The position numbers were made by a program, and so were the translations under genes. The notes beneath the pieces are model-generated. The model was not told the origin of the DNA. It searched no databases and saw nothing but the letters and a program-made list of their open reading frames with translations. 64,000 bases of DNA from Eutreptiella sp. 'Long Island Sound 2002' (Eukaryota; Protista; Euglenida), in assembly GCA_964036045.1 (NCBI GenBank), contig OZ038378.1, positions 55,552,001 through 55,616,000 of the forward strand, in the 5' to 3' direction. Shown here one piece after another: positions 45,773-57,900 of this stretch (positions are counted from its first letter, which is position 1; each line of letters starts with the position of its first letter).

Positions 45773-48412
45773 ATGGCTGATATGCGTGCATCTCCCCCCT
45801 CCTTGCCTCCCATTAGCGTTGCCACAATGTGGCGCAACCGCCACATCCCGACAAAGAAGTGGCAGTGCCCCTGTGGCAAGGTCCTGCTCAAAGTGGAGGA
45901 CCCAGAGAGCAAGGCATTTGGCATCCACTGCTCGGGTGCCCGGCATACGGACTGGGTGCGGTACGTCAAAGTCGTGTCGGAGTTTTTTCAGGGTAGCGTC
46001 AGCTTGGATACCTCCCTAGTGAGCATGCTCATCCGCGCAGACAAGCATCCGCAGCTTCTAGGGGCTATCCGGCTCTCATCTACATAGGCCGCAGCTGGTG
46101 CTGCCGCTGTAGTAGAGCTGGGGCCCACTCTCCAGGTTCCAGACCTGCATGTAGACACTGCAATGGAGATGGATCTTGACGCTCCGATTCCTCTTCGCGA
46201 GCGCCAGTGTCCCGGGGGTCTCCTTAGGCACGCCCCCACCCTGCATCAGCTGCGGCGGATGTACGCCGTCATGCAGGGCACCTACGAGAAGCTGCCGTGG
46301 GAGTTTTGCGACCGCCGAGGGCTAATTGCCGTGGATTGGCCCACGGATGGTCGTTGGGACAGCATAGCAGGGCGCTATGGCTCTGTATGCTGTGCCTAGA
46401 TTTGCTATTCGGGAAGCATGCGGCTAGGTTCAACAGCAGACGAACACCGCCATTCATCCAAAGGACAAAGAGCCCCATTACCGGCAAGGGCCCCTAGTGC
46501 TATCCCGCCGCTTTGACGAGGCCAACGACAGGGGGTATGTTGCCAATGGGACCCCAGGCTAGTTGTAGGTGGACGTGCGCAAGTTCTTGCAGCGTTGTGA
46601 GACCTACAAGGCGCTCACTGTTGCCAGTGCGACCGACGGCCGTCCCTTTGCTGGCTGTCGTGCAGCACGGCTTTTGCAGGCCGGGTGGGCTCCCGCCAAA
46701 GTGTTGGGGCACCTCTGTGGTGCCTGGAGCGTGCAATCCTGGGATGCCCAGGACAAGGATGCTGCCGTGCTAGCGGCACTGGGTGTTGGGGTGCCCAATC
46801 TGTTGCAAGCACCGAATGACGTTGTGTACCTGCCCAGCTACGAGACGGGCCGAAGGTACGTCGAGGGAACCCCCATGTTCGTCCCCACAAATCTCCGGGT
46901 CTGCCGTAGCTTCTGGAGGCCCTAGGCCACATCCCTAGTTGCCAATTGTGGCATTTGTGCATTGACGAAATCCATGTGGAGAATGTCATCCCTGTCTCTC
47001 GCGAGGCACTCGCAGTTGGATTGTGCGCTACGTGTTACCGAGACCCCATCCTGTTGGCTAGTGGTGATGATGTGGAGGTTCTAGCACAGCGGCTGGAGCT
47101 GGATCCAGATACATACCACGCCGCCAACCGGGCGACGGTGGTGTTTCTGGTTCCTCATCCTGAGGAGAGGTACTATGCCATCCGTTTGTGGGTCATCCCC
47201 ACCTGCGGCAGGTTCAAGGCAGAGCATTGCCATGTTGTACGTCAACACATGGCTGAGCTATGCGGCAATGCTGCATTTCGGCACCGCCAATGTTTTCTCC
47301 TGTCCGCAGATACTGACGGTGATGCACGTCTGTCCCGTGAGATGCAAGCTGCACTATATGCAGAGGGTGCTAGCACCCTCTCTTGGATGCCTGAGATTCC
47401 ACACATTCCATTCCTAACGGATGAGTTCGGAATGTGTGTGAACTCCGACCCCCCCCCCCCCCCCCACTCGATGAAACGGGGTTCCCACATGTTGGGGGCA
47501 CTTCCTTCATTTTGCAGGGTGAATTGTCTTTTGGTGTGCCGCAGGAGCTGCGGAACCATTGTGACAACCCCAAGCTTGTTTTGCCCCCCCCCCCCTGCCA
47601 CAGGACAAACAGGAGGTTGAGCCCGCGTTTGACCTCCTGAAATCCATGGTTGCAGTAGCCCGTGCCCCGACAACGTTAACCTGCCGCCCCCTTCGGTCCA
47701 TGCTGCCCACGATGCCGTTGTTTTGGGTACGGCACTTGAAAAATTCATAGGGGGGGTTTATATCACACAGCTGCCGACAGCAGTGGCACTGGACGACATC
47801 GCCGAAGCTACATACATCATTTATCTCGTCTAGCTTCGGTGTCAACCATTCCGGGATTGCTGGTATTTGGTTTTCGTTCGCACAGTCTAGGCGTTTGTGG
47901 TGATTGCCGCCTTTTTGCAGTGGCTCGCTAGAAACGGCCATGGGGCACAAAACTTTTTCGCATGTCTGTGTGGCAACCATAGGGCACAGGACGGCTTTTG
48001 CCTTGTGAGGGCAATGCTGATCGACCGCCACTGCTCGGTGACTGAGCTGGCCGTACGGTTGTCGGCTGCAATGGTTGTAGCCACAATCTATAGGCGCCAC
48101 CCCACCTGGCAGCAGAAGCGGTCTCCCTATTCGTCCATTGACCGTGCGCGGCCGCGCCACTACACGGCGGACATGGACATCAGCCGGGTAGACCTGCCCT
48201 CGGCGTGCCAAAGGGCTGCTGGCAAGGCGTTGGCCATTGTCCGTCTTTGGTGGCCCGGTGCAGTGTGCCCTAACCCTAAGGAGGGTAACTTTTTCCAACC
48301 GTTCGGGGAGGGCCTTTTGCATGTGGACGCCACTCATGTATGGATGACTCCAGGGGATAGTGGGGGCGGGGAAACAGAGTACGATGTTGATACACCCGCT
48401 GAGCTATTTTAG
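45773..48412 (+). pseudogene. P-element-superfamily-like transposase pseudogene with N-terminal C2H2 zinc finger
   Basis: WQCPCGK...IHCSGARH finger; YLPSYETGRRY; HLCIDEIHV (first D), SADTDGD (second D), NSDPP[poly-C]PHSMKRG (DxxH) and GNHRAQDGFCLVRAM (candidate E region). Stops are present; element ends were not found. Confidence 0.7.
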
Positions 48413-49469
48413 GAAGCTCAAGGGGGGCGTATTGTGTATCACGGGCGCGACATGCATATTATGAGTGCAGCACATCTGCGCATCAACGGCGAGCATGTCA
48501 GGCGGTCAGCTGAACACCTTGCGAGGACTGCCGGAATCCCAGCTGTTAGGGGGGTCCCGGAGCCCACAAAGGGCCCGCCTCAGTTGTGGACGGGCTGCAT
48601 GTTTGTGGCAATTTTGACCATGCCAGAGCAACCACCACAAAGTGCGCCCTTTTTGCTCACATTTTCCTGTGCACTCATTGGGGGGCGGAATGTCAGTGAC
48701 CCTTCCCATGAGGAGCTTTCAACCGGCGCGGAGTTCGTCATAGGGATTTCGTAGCGGTTTTCTTGCAGGGGGGGATGGGATGTTGGTATGGGGAGGGGCT
48801 GTGGGAAAATTGATGCAGGTGGAATATACTGCCTGTGAGTGGGTGCACCCTGACCTTGAAAAGGGGGTTTTGGTTTTGCAAGCGGGGTTCTTGGTCTTGG
48901 GCTTTTCGCAACAGCTAACCCCCAAAACACAAGCAGCACCACTGCTGCCTGGGCAGGTTGTTGCCTATGAGGGGGTTACGCTGCTGCCTGCACTGGTTCG
49001 TAGGCGGGACGGGGAGGTTGGATGCCGCGTGCTAGGTTGTGGGATCACAGTACCGATGGGGAGGATGCGGATTCACATTGCGTTCCATCTGCACTCGGCA
49101 ACAGTCCTCCCCCCTTGCTATGGATTTTACAGGGAAACCAGCTGCGTCCTCCGTATGCGTCGCGTAAAGGCGGGGGGGGGGGGCACAGGCGAAGCCGGTT
49201 TCTTGCGGAAACGGATTTTTTTCGTAAGTTCAGCATGTGGGCAGCACTTAAGCGGGGTGTGCAGCCACTGCCCGTTGAATGCCCCGTCTAGGGGTGCGGC
49301 TGGCGGCACAACACGCGCTGCCACTGTGAGCAACAACACCCGGACCACCGGCTGACTGACGAGCGCACCGCACAATGGGACTGGGGCCCGGAAGAGGTCA
49401 TTGTCCTGGAGGAGGGGAAGGGGGCTTTTTGGGACAATGAGAGAAATTCCTAGTGGAGGTAGCCGGAAA

Positions 49470-50400
49470 GGCAGTACAAGCGCTAAAAAATGCGCACTGC
49501 GCTCTTCAATGCCCTACAGGCTGACACACAAGACAGGGGGGAGGAGCGGGGGACCATCCTTGCGCCGCGAAGGCAGCGGGTTGAGGAGGAGGACAATTCT
49601 GAGGCCTCGGCATCCCTTCAGAGGGGATCTGACCAAGGTTGACGGGACCTGAGGCGGGCAGAGGCACAGGATCAGGACTTTGTGCCGGGCCACTCCCCAC
49701 CTCCTCAGAATCCACCTCCTCTGATGGGTCGTTTGATGGGTCTGCCTCAGGGGAGCGAACGCACTGGCCTAAAGGCGTTCTAGTCCTCTGCTGCGCCATC
49801 AAGGGGAAGTAGAGGGGGGGAACAAAATGTTTCCCAAGCCTGTGCTAGCCAAAGGGGACCGCCGCCGGCTCGGTCTACCATCTCAGTGTCTATTACAAGT
49901 AGTCGGGTCGCCCCCCAACCACCGGTGTTCCCCCACCCCCACGCCGCCGGCCTTCCAAGTAGGCGTCTCGCCCCCGTGACCCTCTTCTTTCAGCTCGCCA
50001 TGTCGTCCAGCCCCCTTAGCCTAGCCTCTTCAGTTCGAGGCTCGGGGGAGCTGCCGGAGCTCCTGCGGTTTGGCGACCTACCCCCGTCGCCACAGTGGCA
50101 CTTTGATGCTCAGAGGTGTCGTATCGAAGTGGCCTCGCCCCAGCCTCCATTGCTGGCACCGCCCCCCTGCCCCCCCCCCCCCCATCCAGCCGCACACCAA
50201 CAACCGCTCCGACGAGAGTAAGTCCTCCGCCCAGACCCCACGTTTCCTCAACACCATACCACGTGGCCCTGGAAGCCTTGGGGGAGGCCCTGATGTCCAC
50301 TGCCGTGCCACCACTATCCCCGCCGCAACCCCCCAAGTTCGTACCCACAGACCCCCCCACCCCCTCCAAACCCACTGTTCACGGGCCCTAGAGTGCCAAA
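49470..50400 (-). pseudogene. Gag/ORF1-like remnant with CCHC zinc knuckle
   Basis: C-LV-C-QPVG-H-*RAQ-C (CX2CX4HX4C) at 49535-49494, with one in-frame TGA. It lies downstream of repeat H on the minus strand. Confidence 0.55.
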
Positions 50401-50526
50401 ACACTGCAGTTCATCCGGGACAATCACGGGGGTGCGCTTCAATATTTTGTGGACGGGGTGATGAACCGTCGAACGAAGTAACGGTTTGCACTCGTAGAAC
50501 TGTGAGGGAGAAGGTGGACGCTCTAG

Positions 50527-50916
50527 GGGGTTCATTGCCTTTTTTTGCTTACACTGCATCCAGTCGGTATAGTGAAAACCCCTGCACTGTTGACTGATGG
50601 CATTTGAGGTGTTGTGCTCTGCCAACGGCGAGTTCACATTTAACTAAGGGCATTATGTGTACCCCGGGGGGCGCCGCAGCCACTGCAAAAGAATTGGACC
50701 ATTGGGGACGGGCTTCTTGGAGAAGTGTGAGGGACACGTTGGACACTTTGCGGGGTTTATTGCCTTTTTTTGCTTGCAATGCATCCGGGTGGTAGAGTGA
50801 AAGCCCCTGCACTGCTGACTGATGGCATTTGACGTGCTGTGCTCTGCCAACGGGGAGGTCACATTTAAGTGAGGGCATTATGTGTACCCCAAGGGGCGCC
50901 GCAGCCACTGCAAAAG
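50527..50916. repeat. Two direct repeats of about 165 bp, period about 225 bp
   Basis: attgcctttttttgctt...cccctgcactg.tgactgatggcatttga...gggcattatgtgtacccc...gcgccgcagccactgcaaaa occurs twice. Confidence 0.9.
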
Positions 50917-50919
50917 GAT

Positions 50920-51440
50920 GGAAGCCGGCAGGAGCAATGCAAGGGCGCCGCACCGGCAATTCGCGGAGGACCCCGTGGGCCTTACCCTGGCAGCCACACG
51001 GATCAGGAGCCGACTTGAGGTGGAAAGGGAGCAAGGAGGAGGAGACCAATGCGGCTGTGCAGTCTGACCAACTACTGCATAGGATAGGGCTGGCCCACAA
51101 GGACAAGGTAGAGTCAGGGAGACAAACAGGCCAGGTGACCGTGACCGTGACCTACAACAGGGAGGAAGGGAGGTGAGATGGGTGGCAGTGAGAAGGGAAG
51201 GCAACAGGGAAGAGGGAGGATAGAGGGAGGAGAGGGAGGGGGGCAGGACGGGAGGGAGGGGGCAGGCCCGCCGCCAACGACAAAGGGTGGAGAAGATGGT
51301 GGACACAGGGACCAAAGGGAAGGGGGCAGGGGGAATGGCGGCAGACTGGGGGGTCGGGAACCCGGCGCTCCGTGAGTGTGCCCCGCAATCCGGGGCATGT
51401 GATTGGCGGCACGTGACCATAGTAGCCGGGGTAGCCTTCA
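50920..51440 (-). repeat. Repeat H, uninterrupted copy (contains the empty site for B1 at about 51091-51092)
   Basis: Collinear with 5040-5202 plus 10689-10870, and with 13900-14190. Confidence 0.8.
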
Positions 51441-51569
51441 CAGGTATTTCTTGCAGCTTGTGTGGAGGTGATGGAGCAAGGGGGAGGCGTGGGGTGCTTG
51501 TCGTGCACATCGTCCATGTTTGCTTATGTAGTGCAAAGTGCGCTTTGGAAGCTGATCCACTGCAACGTA

Positions 51570-51925
51570 TTTTCGGATGGCGCTGAAGATAGGCAAAAAA
51601 ACACGTGTGTTTTGCATGCCACTTTTTTGCAGGTATCAAGATTTTGTGCAGCCACACGAAGACCCTGAACCTCAAGTTGAACATGGCCGCATCAAAGACC
51701 ACTGTGGGCAGTGTTTCCCTGGATGGCGGTGAAGACAGGCAAAAGAACCGGTGCGTTGTGCATGCCACTTTTCTACAGGTATCAAGATTTTGTGCGGCAA
51801 CATGAAGACCCTGAACGTCAAGTTGAGCATGGCCGCATCAATGTCAACTCTGGGCAGTGTATCTTTGGATTGCACTCAAGAGAGCCAAAAAAAAGGTGTG
51901 TTGTGCATGCCACTTTTCTGCAAGC
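51570..51925. repeat. Tandem repeat of about 145 bp, about 2.5 copies
   Basis: ggat.gc.ct.aaga.ag.c.aaa...gtg.gtt.tgcatgccactttt at 51576, 51721 and 51867. Confidence 0.85.
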
Positions 51926-51999
51926 CCCTCGGTATTCAGCACTTGTGACTCACCATGAAAAGCTCAAGTCCAGCACCTATGCCAACAACCAAGGCTGCT

Positions 52000-54900
52000 G
52001 CGACCACCAAACGGCATCTTCGCATGGCGCTGAAGAAAGGCATTCAGCAAAACAGGTGTTTTGGCGTATCTAGGCTTGGTAGACCCATCCAACCGGAGGT
52101 CTGTGTCAAACGCAATGCAAACAAGTTGACGAGGCCCTGATTTGCATTGGGTTCATGACACTCCTGGTGGTTGTTGGGGGTTTGTTTAAGCCACTTCCAA
52201 CGGGCATCAAATGATATTGTGGTGCAAAACTTCCACATTTTCTTTCTGATGGCTTCGTGCCGTGGTGATGATGCGGGAGCTGGCAAAAAACTATTTGGTG
52301 GGCCATAGAACGCAACATTATAGCCGTCTATTGTCTTCCTTGGTTTATTACAAAGTGTGCATCATCTGCGTCACGTAGTCGTCTGGGTTGCCGATATAAA
52401 AGCCGGGCCACTTTCGTTTGTCATGGGCATCTTTCTTGTTGAGGTAGAATCTTTGGACAAATACTGGTGTAAGGCCTTGGTTGCGCACACGCGTGGATGT
52501 GGCGGGTATCGATTGTTTCAAGGAGTCCATTTGTGTTAGGCCGCCGCGCATCGTGGGACCGTCACCTCGTTGAAATCTCTCTGCATTGTGTGGCATTTAC
52601 GCTTGATTAATGGGACGTGGGTAGGTTTTGCACTCTACGGAAGTCGCACTGCCCGTTCATGTGCTCGGCTGTGCTATGGTGCGTTGGCCGGCTTGGAAGC
52701 CAGGAGAAGTGTTGTGCTGTTGTGCATTTGTGTGTTGCTAGCTAAGGGAGATATTCATTTTCCTTGGTTTGTTGGTTCATATACCGCACTACCCATTGCT
52801 GCCATTCATTCGTGGCTATCAGCCCCCTCATAGGTTACTATTTGCACACATACAAGGACAAACGGAAGAACGTGACCGAAGTGGTATTGTTTAAGGTGCG
52901 CACCTACAAAGCCGACAAAAGGAAGGGCTATTTGTACAATTTAAGAGCCTAGGTCGGTTGCATCACCATGCAACATACCTTACCCCCACGACGCAACCAC
53001 AATGCACCGCATGTGTTCATTGTTGTTCAGGGTAATGTTTATGTTTACCTCTCGGAGCTTAAGAGGGGTTGGTTTTGGGGCTTCGTGGCGCATCTAGTAC
53101 CGCACTAGCGCACACGGTTTGCTTGTCGCATATAACTGTTTCTTTACTACTTCTGGACCCATTGTTCGCCGTCAGAGACTTTGCACACCTACTAAGTGAT
53201 GGCTCAGCTTTGGGGTGTGAAGACCCTTTTCGGTTTTGTGCGTCTTGCTCGTTCTACAGGAGTTGGAAGATAATCAGAAGAAGAAGGCACACGCAAAATC
53301 GGCAGAAACTCAGAACCGGAAAATCAAGGAAATGGAGAAGCTGTGTGCAGTGGGGTTGATGGCGTCCGCGGTAAAAAAAAGCGAAGAAGCAAGAGATGGA
53401 GAATGAGATTGTTTAGGTCAAATTGATGCACCGCTTTGATGCAAAAGGACAAAGGCAGATCCTCCCCCGGGTGTAGCAGCTTTACTAGCTCGTCTACCAC
53501 CACGAGCAATTTGTACGCTGATTCGGATGCCCCGGTCCCATCCGATGAGGAACCATACACGTAAGGTAGGTGAATGCTGCCCGAAAATCTCCGAAGATCC
53601 ACTTCAAGGTTGCTGGTCGGTTGATAAACTTGCATTCTCGGCCGACACCCATGTCTCTAGCATTGCAGTCGCAGATCTCATTAGTACGAGCAAAGACGAC
53701 CTCATTGCCAAACATGCACGCACCATCACAGTGCCCATTTTGATTCAGGGTTTGTTGCAGATGGAGTTTTGTGAGCCGGACGATGTTGCACACAAGTTAC
53801 TGGTGATCACGTGCAGTATGGTCCCCGAGATGCAGTAGGAGGCAGCCAAAAGGTGGTGGGGGTACGTTGCACGCTTTGCTTGTTTCCTTCCTCCCCATCT
53901 TGCATTTGTGGCAGCCTTTGCGGATGTTGTGAGCAATAGTCCCATCCGTGGCTTTGGAGGGGTTTGCACATGTGACGCGTTCTCGTGCTTCGTCACGAGC
54001 CTTTCATCGGCGCTTTCGGCCTTTGGAGAACCCATATGCCCCACTGCACGCCACCTACTAGCTCCACCACCCGTTAGACCCGAGTGTTTTCTTGCAAGGT
54101 TTCTCCTTGGCAACATTGCCCGCCGTCTACTCTCAACCAAATAGCTCCCAAATCCGCAACTTGAGCCCCTCCATTGCATCCACTATTCACGGTGTCTAAC
54201 ATTTTCAGACCAATGATGTGGATGGTGGTGCTTGTCCGTTGACCTCCGATGGAGGCCCAATGGGGACGGAGAGCGCGGACCCAGTGGCAGAGGCGGTGGC
54301 GGTACCCGCCATGTCGGATGCCATGCACGAGGAGGAAGGGAAGAAGCAACGCGAGAACCTAGTCGGTGTGCAGGAGCATGACACATAGTACTGGCCTTAG
54401 CGAGGTTGTGGCTTTTTAGATTCGTGTCATTCCATCTTTCTTGGGTCGCTTTTGTGTTGGGTGCGTCCTATGGTTGTGGATATGACCACCTGCCATATGT
54501 TTTGCACGCCCTAAACGTCGCGCGTGTTGTCTGTGGTTCAACCCCCAAAGGCGATTTGTGGTCGTGGCCGTTCGGTGCTTTTTCTTGCACGGCACCCTGG
54601 TGTCCTTTTCTGCTCCTCTCTCTGCATCCAGCTCCCAAGCCGCCGTGCTTCCGCAAAAAGATATTTTCATCCCACTCACGATTCGCTATCCCCGAATCCA
54701 AGGCACCCGGGTAACATATTTTCAAGATGCACACTTCTCACTTGCCTCACTCGGTTGACTACGCAAGGGGCATCGGCAACCAACGGGCTAGACAGTTCTG
54801 CGGTACTGCCCACATGGCAACCTTTTGAGTTGCTATGCACCCAACATGGTGTCACTCCCCCACCCCCCATACCGAGTTAGTGCAAAGCGGGGTAACGTGG

Positions 54901-57900
54901 ACTCCAGACAACCAACACCAACCCACTAGACTTCGGAATCCGCGTGGGGGCAACTCTTGGACCGGACTGCCTTGTGCGCCCTTTGCATGGCTCTACCCTC
55001 CCGTGCGAGCCGATGTTGTCTATCTCAAATTTTGTTTGTCCGGCTTTTCCGGATTGTGGCGCCGAACCGGATCGCTTGGCTGGGCCCGCAAGGGGGCACT
55101 TAGTGACCTCACCTATGAAATGAGAATCCGTCATGGGCTAACATAGGGCATGTGGACAACACCATGGCCGTTTGTGGCACTAGGTATAGGCTGTGTTGCT
55201 CGCCACGGTGATCATTGGCGCACATATGCAAAATATTCACCTGAAGCTGGCGCTGATGCTGCGAGTATGCGCACACACGACCCCACCGTAAGCACAAGCC
55301 AATTGTACAAAGTGAATAGGCAAATTCCAAGGTCACTGTGGCAACCTAGCGTGTCTCAAAAGGGTCGCTTCTTTTTGTAGGCACCCGTATCCAATTTTAT
55401 TGCTCCCAACCCAACGCGCAGAAAAGCAGCTGGTTCAAGTACCCATGTTTGCCATATTTTCGCACCCCATTCAACCGTTCTCTTACTAGCGGTTCACAAA
55501 GGCTACATGCATGTTTGGTCCGGCATATCTCCATGCACACCTACCACCAGGGGATGTGGGTGACGAGGGACAATGGGAAAACCAGCGTGTCTGGAACAAC
55601 GGAAGCATTCTTCGCCTAATGGATGATGATGCCCGTTGCGGTGTATGTTGCCGTTACGATGCCCTGGCCGTGAAAGCACAAACGGGCCATACCAATGGTT
55701 GGAAAAAAAAGTGCGGCCCCCGAGAAAAAAAAATGATCCACCAACCTAGATTTACTTGCGCGTGTGGGCATCTGTAATGTGATGCACAACACCATTCACA
55801 AGGTTTATGAGTGCATGTTGTCTGCAATCTTCACAATAAAAGATGCTTTCCTCATTGAGAATCACATGATGTCCCTCTTTGACAGTGTTGATAGGTGTCC
55901 GCGCCGTTGCGTCCACAATGTTGGCTTCATTACTGGCTATGTATACGTAACTCGCACATTCCACGTTCCAGGTGAACCGCAGATACATTTAGTGGTCTAT
56001 TCGCCCTTCGAGGGGTTGGTGAAAAGCGACGGCAAAAGAAATTGTCCGGTGGCACAAATTGGAATGTTGTAAGGACACACAGTAGCTGGGCAGCAATGGT
56101 GTCAGCTTGTGTGACCACATTAGGACCGTTGTACCAATTAACCAGTTATCACTCGCCAACACAAGGCGTTTTCGTGTGGAGACAGCTCTAAACACCAAAA
56201 TGATTGTGGTCTGAGCGTTGCGCGCATATCGTGAGGCGCTAGTTGTGAAACTCATTGTGCGTCGTTGGTGTGCACGAGACAACCTTGCATCGCAAGTACA
56301 AGTCGTTCCCCATTTGCCCGGCTGCTGCAGTCGCATGCTATCTAAGAAGGTAACCATCTTGCTTACGATCACTAATCCGCCAACGTTTTACAATGTAGAC
56401 GATTTTTTTGACCTCAACCGCTTGTTGCGCATGGATATCACTGACCTCATCGAGGAGTGTAATGCGGCATCGGCAGCCGCTTGGGATAATGGGGCGCGGG
56501 GTAGCTTGTGGGGAGGAGACGGTGGTGCTCCACATGGGGTCCAATCGGCATCTTTGTCCATTTAGAGCTCCCAAAGGCACATGATGCCTGAGGCATCAAG
56601 CTTTTTGGCACAAACATCGTTTTGGCAAATTCAGCCACAACGCCGAGAGAACAAGTACATATGGACGACGAAGCTATGTCTGTTGTCGCAAAAGAGCTGT
56701 AAGAGATGCCGCTGGAGTGCAGCTTACGGGCAATTCATTGCCGCAGCCCATGCTCGACTCGTTCTTTGGCAGCCATGGGCTTGCCGAGTACATTGCCTTG
56801 GTTAAGCGGTTGTTCTTGACATTTTCAAAACAAACCAAAAAGCAAGAGGCCTAGAGCAATGCGAAGGAATAGCACGGGGAGGCGCAAGTGGCATGCGGTG
56901 TGGTTGACACCCATGGCCACAAATTGGTGGTTCATGACACCCAAAGGATGGGCACAACCCCCCCTCCCCCCAGTCCCCTTTTCTAAGAAATTGATGGTTT
57001 AGGAAGTCGGACGTCCACACCCAAGGTCGGCAACCTCTGAGCCTAATAGTTCTATGCAACCAAAATTTACACGGGCGGTGAAGGAGGCCCACCAAATGCC
57101 TCTCCAACTCCATATCATGACCCGGTTGATGACGTGGGCTAACATGGTCCACCTCTTAATGTTGCAATACGCGGCCGTCAATTGCTTTGCGGCATGCAAG
57201 GCTCTTGGGCTCGTGGACCTTGCAACGACCATGTGAGATTTGCAAAGGGACATCAACCTACGCTTCCATTTCTCCCTGCCAAAGTGGTGTGCATTGGCCA
57301 TGTGGCCAGAACTGCCGGACCCCCCGTGAACGTCGGAGGAAGTAGTTGTGCCACTGGTGCTGTACGAAGGCAACGGCGTATATGAGCAAAGCGTGTGGTG
57401 TTCACTTGCACATGAAGTGCATTGGCCGGGCCCATGGCGTGTAAGCTCTCCCGGAGCCGTGGCGACACAGCATTGACATTCGGCGGGGGACCCATGATTT
57501 TGGTAGGCTAGTGTTATAACAGGACCCAAAAACATATTATAAAAAACTTGTATCCTTGATTTTTCGGCATGGTGCGCTATTACTAGAGGCCAGGGCCATC
57601 TAAAACTGCTTAGACATGTTGCCTAGGTGCCCCACAGAAGTGGCGGACACAAAGGTTCAATTGCTAAGCCGCCATATACCACCTTGGTAAAGATGTGCAA
57701 GGGAGATGGTTGGATGAATCCTGGTACCAATGTGTCTTTATTTTGTGCCCTCATTGCACATGTGAAAAGAAGGCGATAGGAGGTAACCTTGAAGGTTTTC
57801 GCATCATTTGGGTACAAATGAACCTGGAAGCGGCTTAGAGTCGGCCTAGAGACCCGGGGTGAAGCTACAGTAAACATGCAAAAGAGGCCAAACGGGCCAA

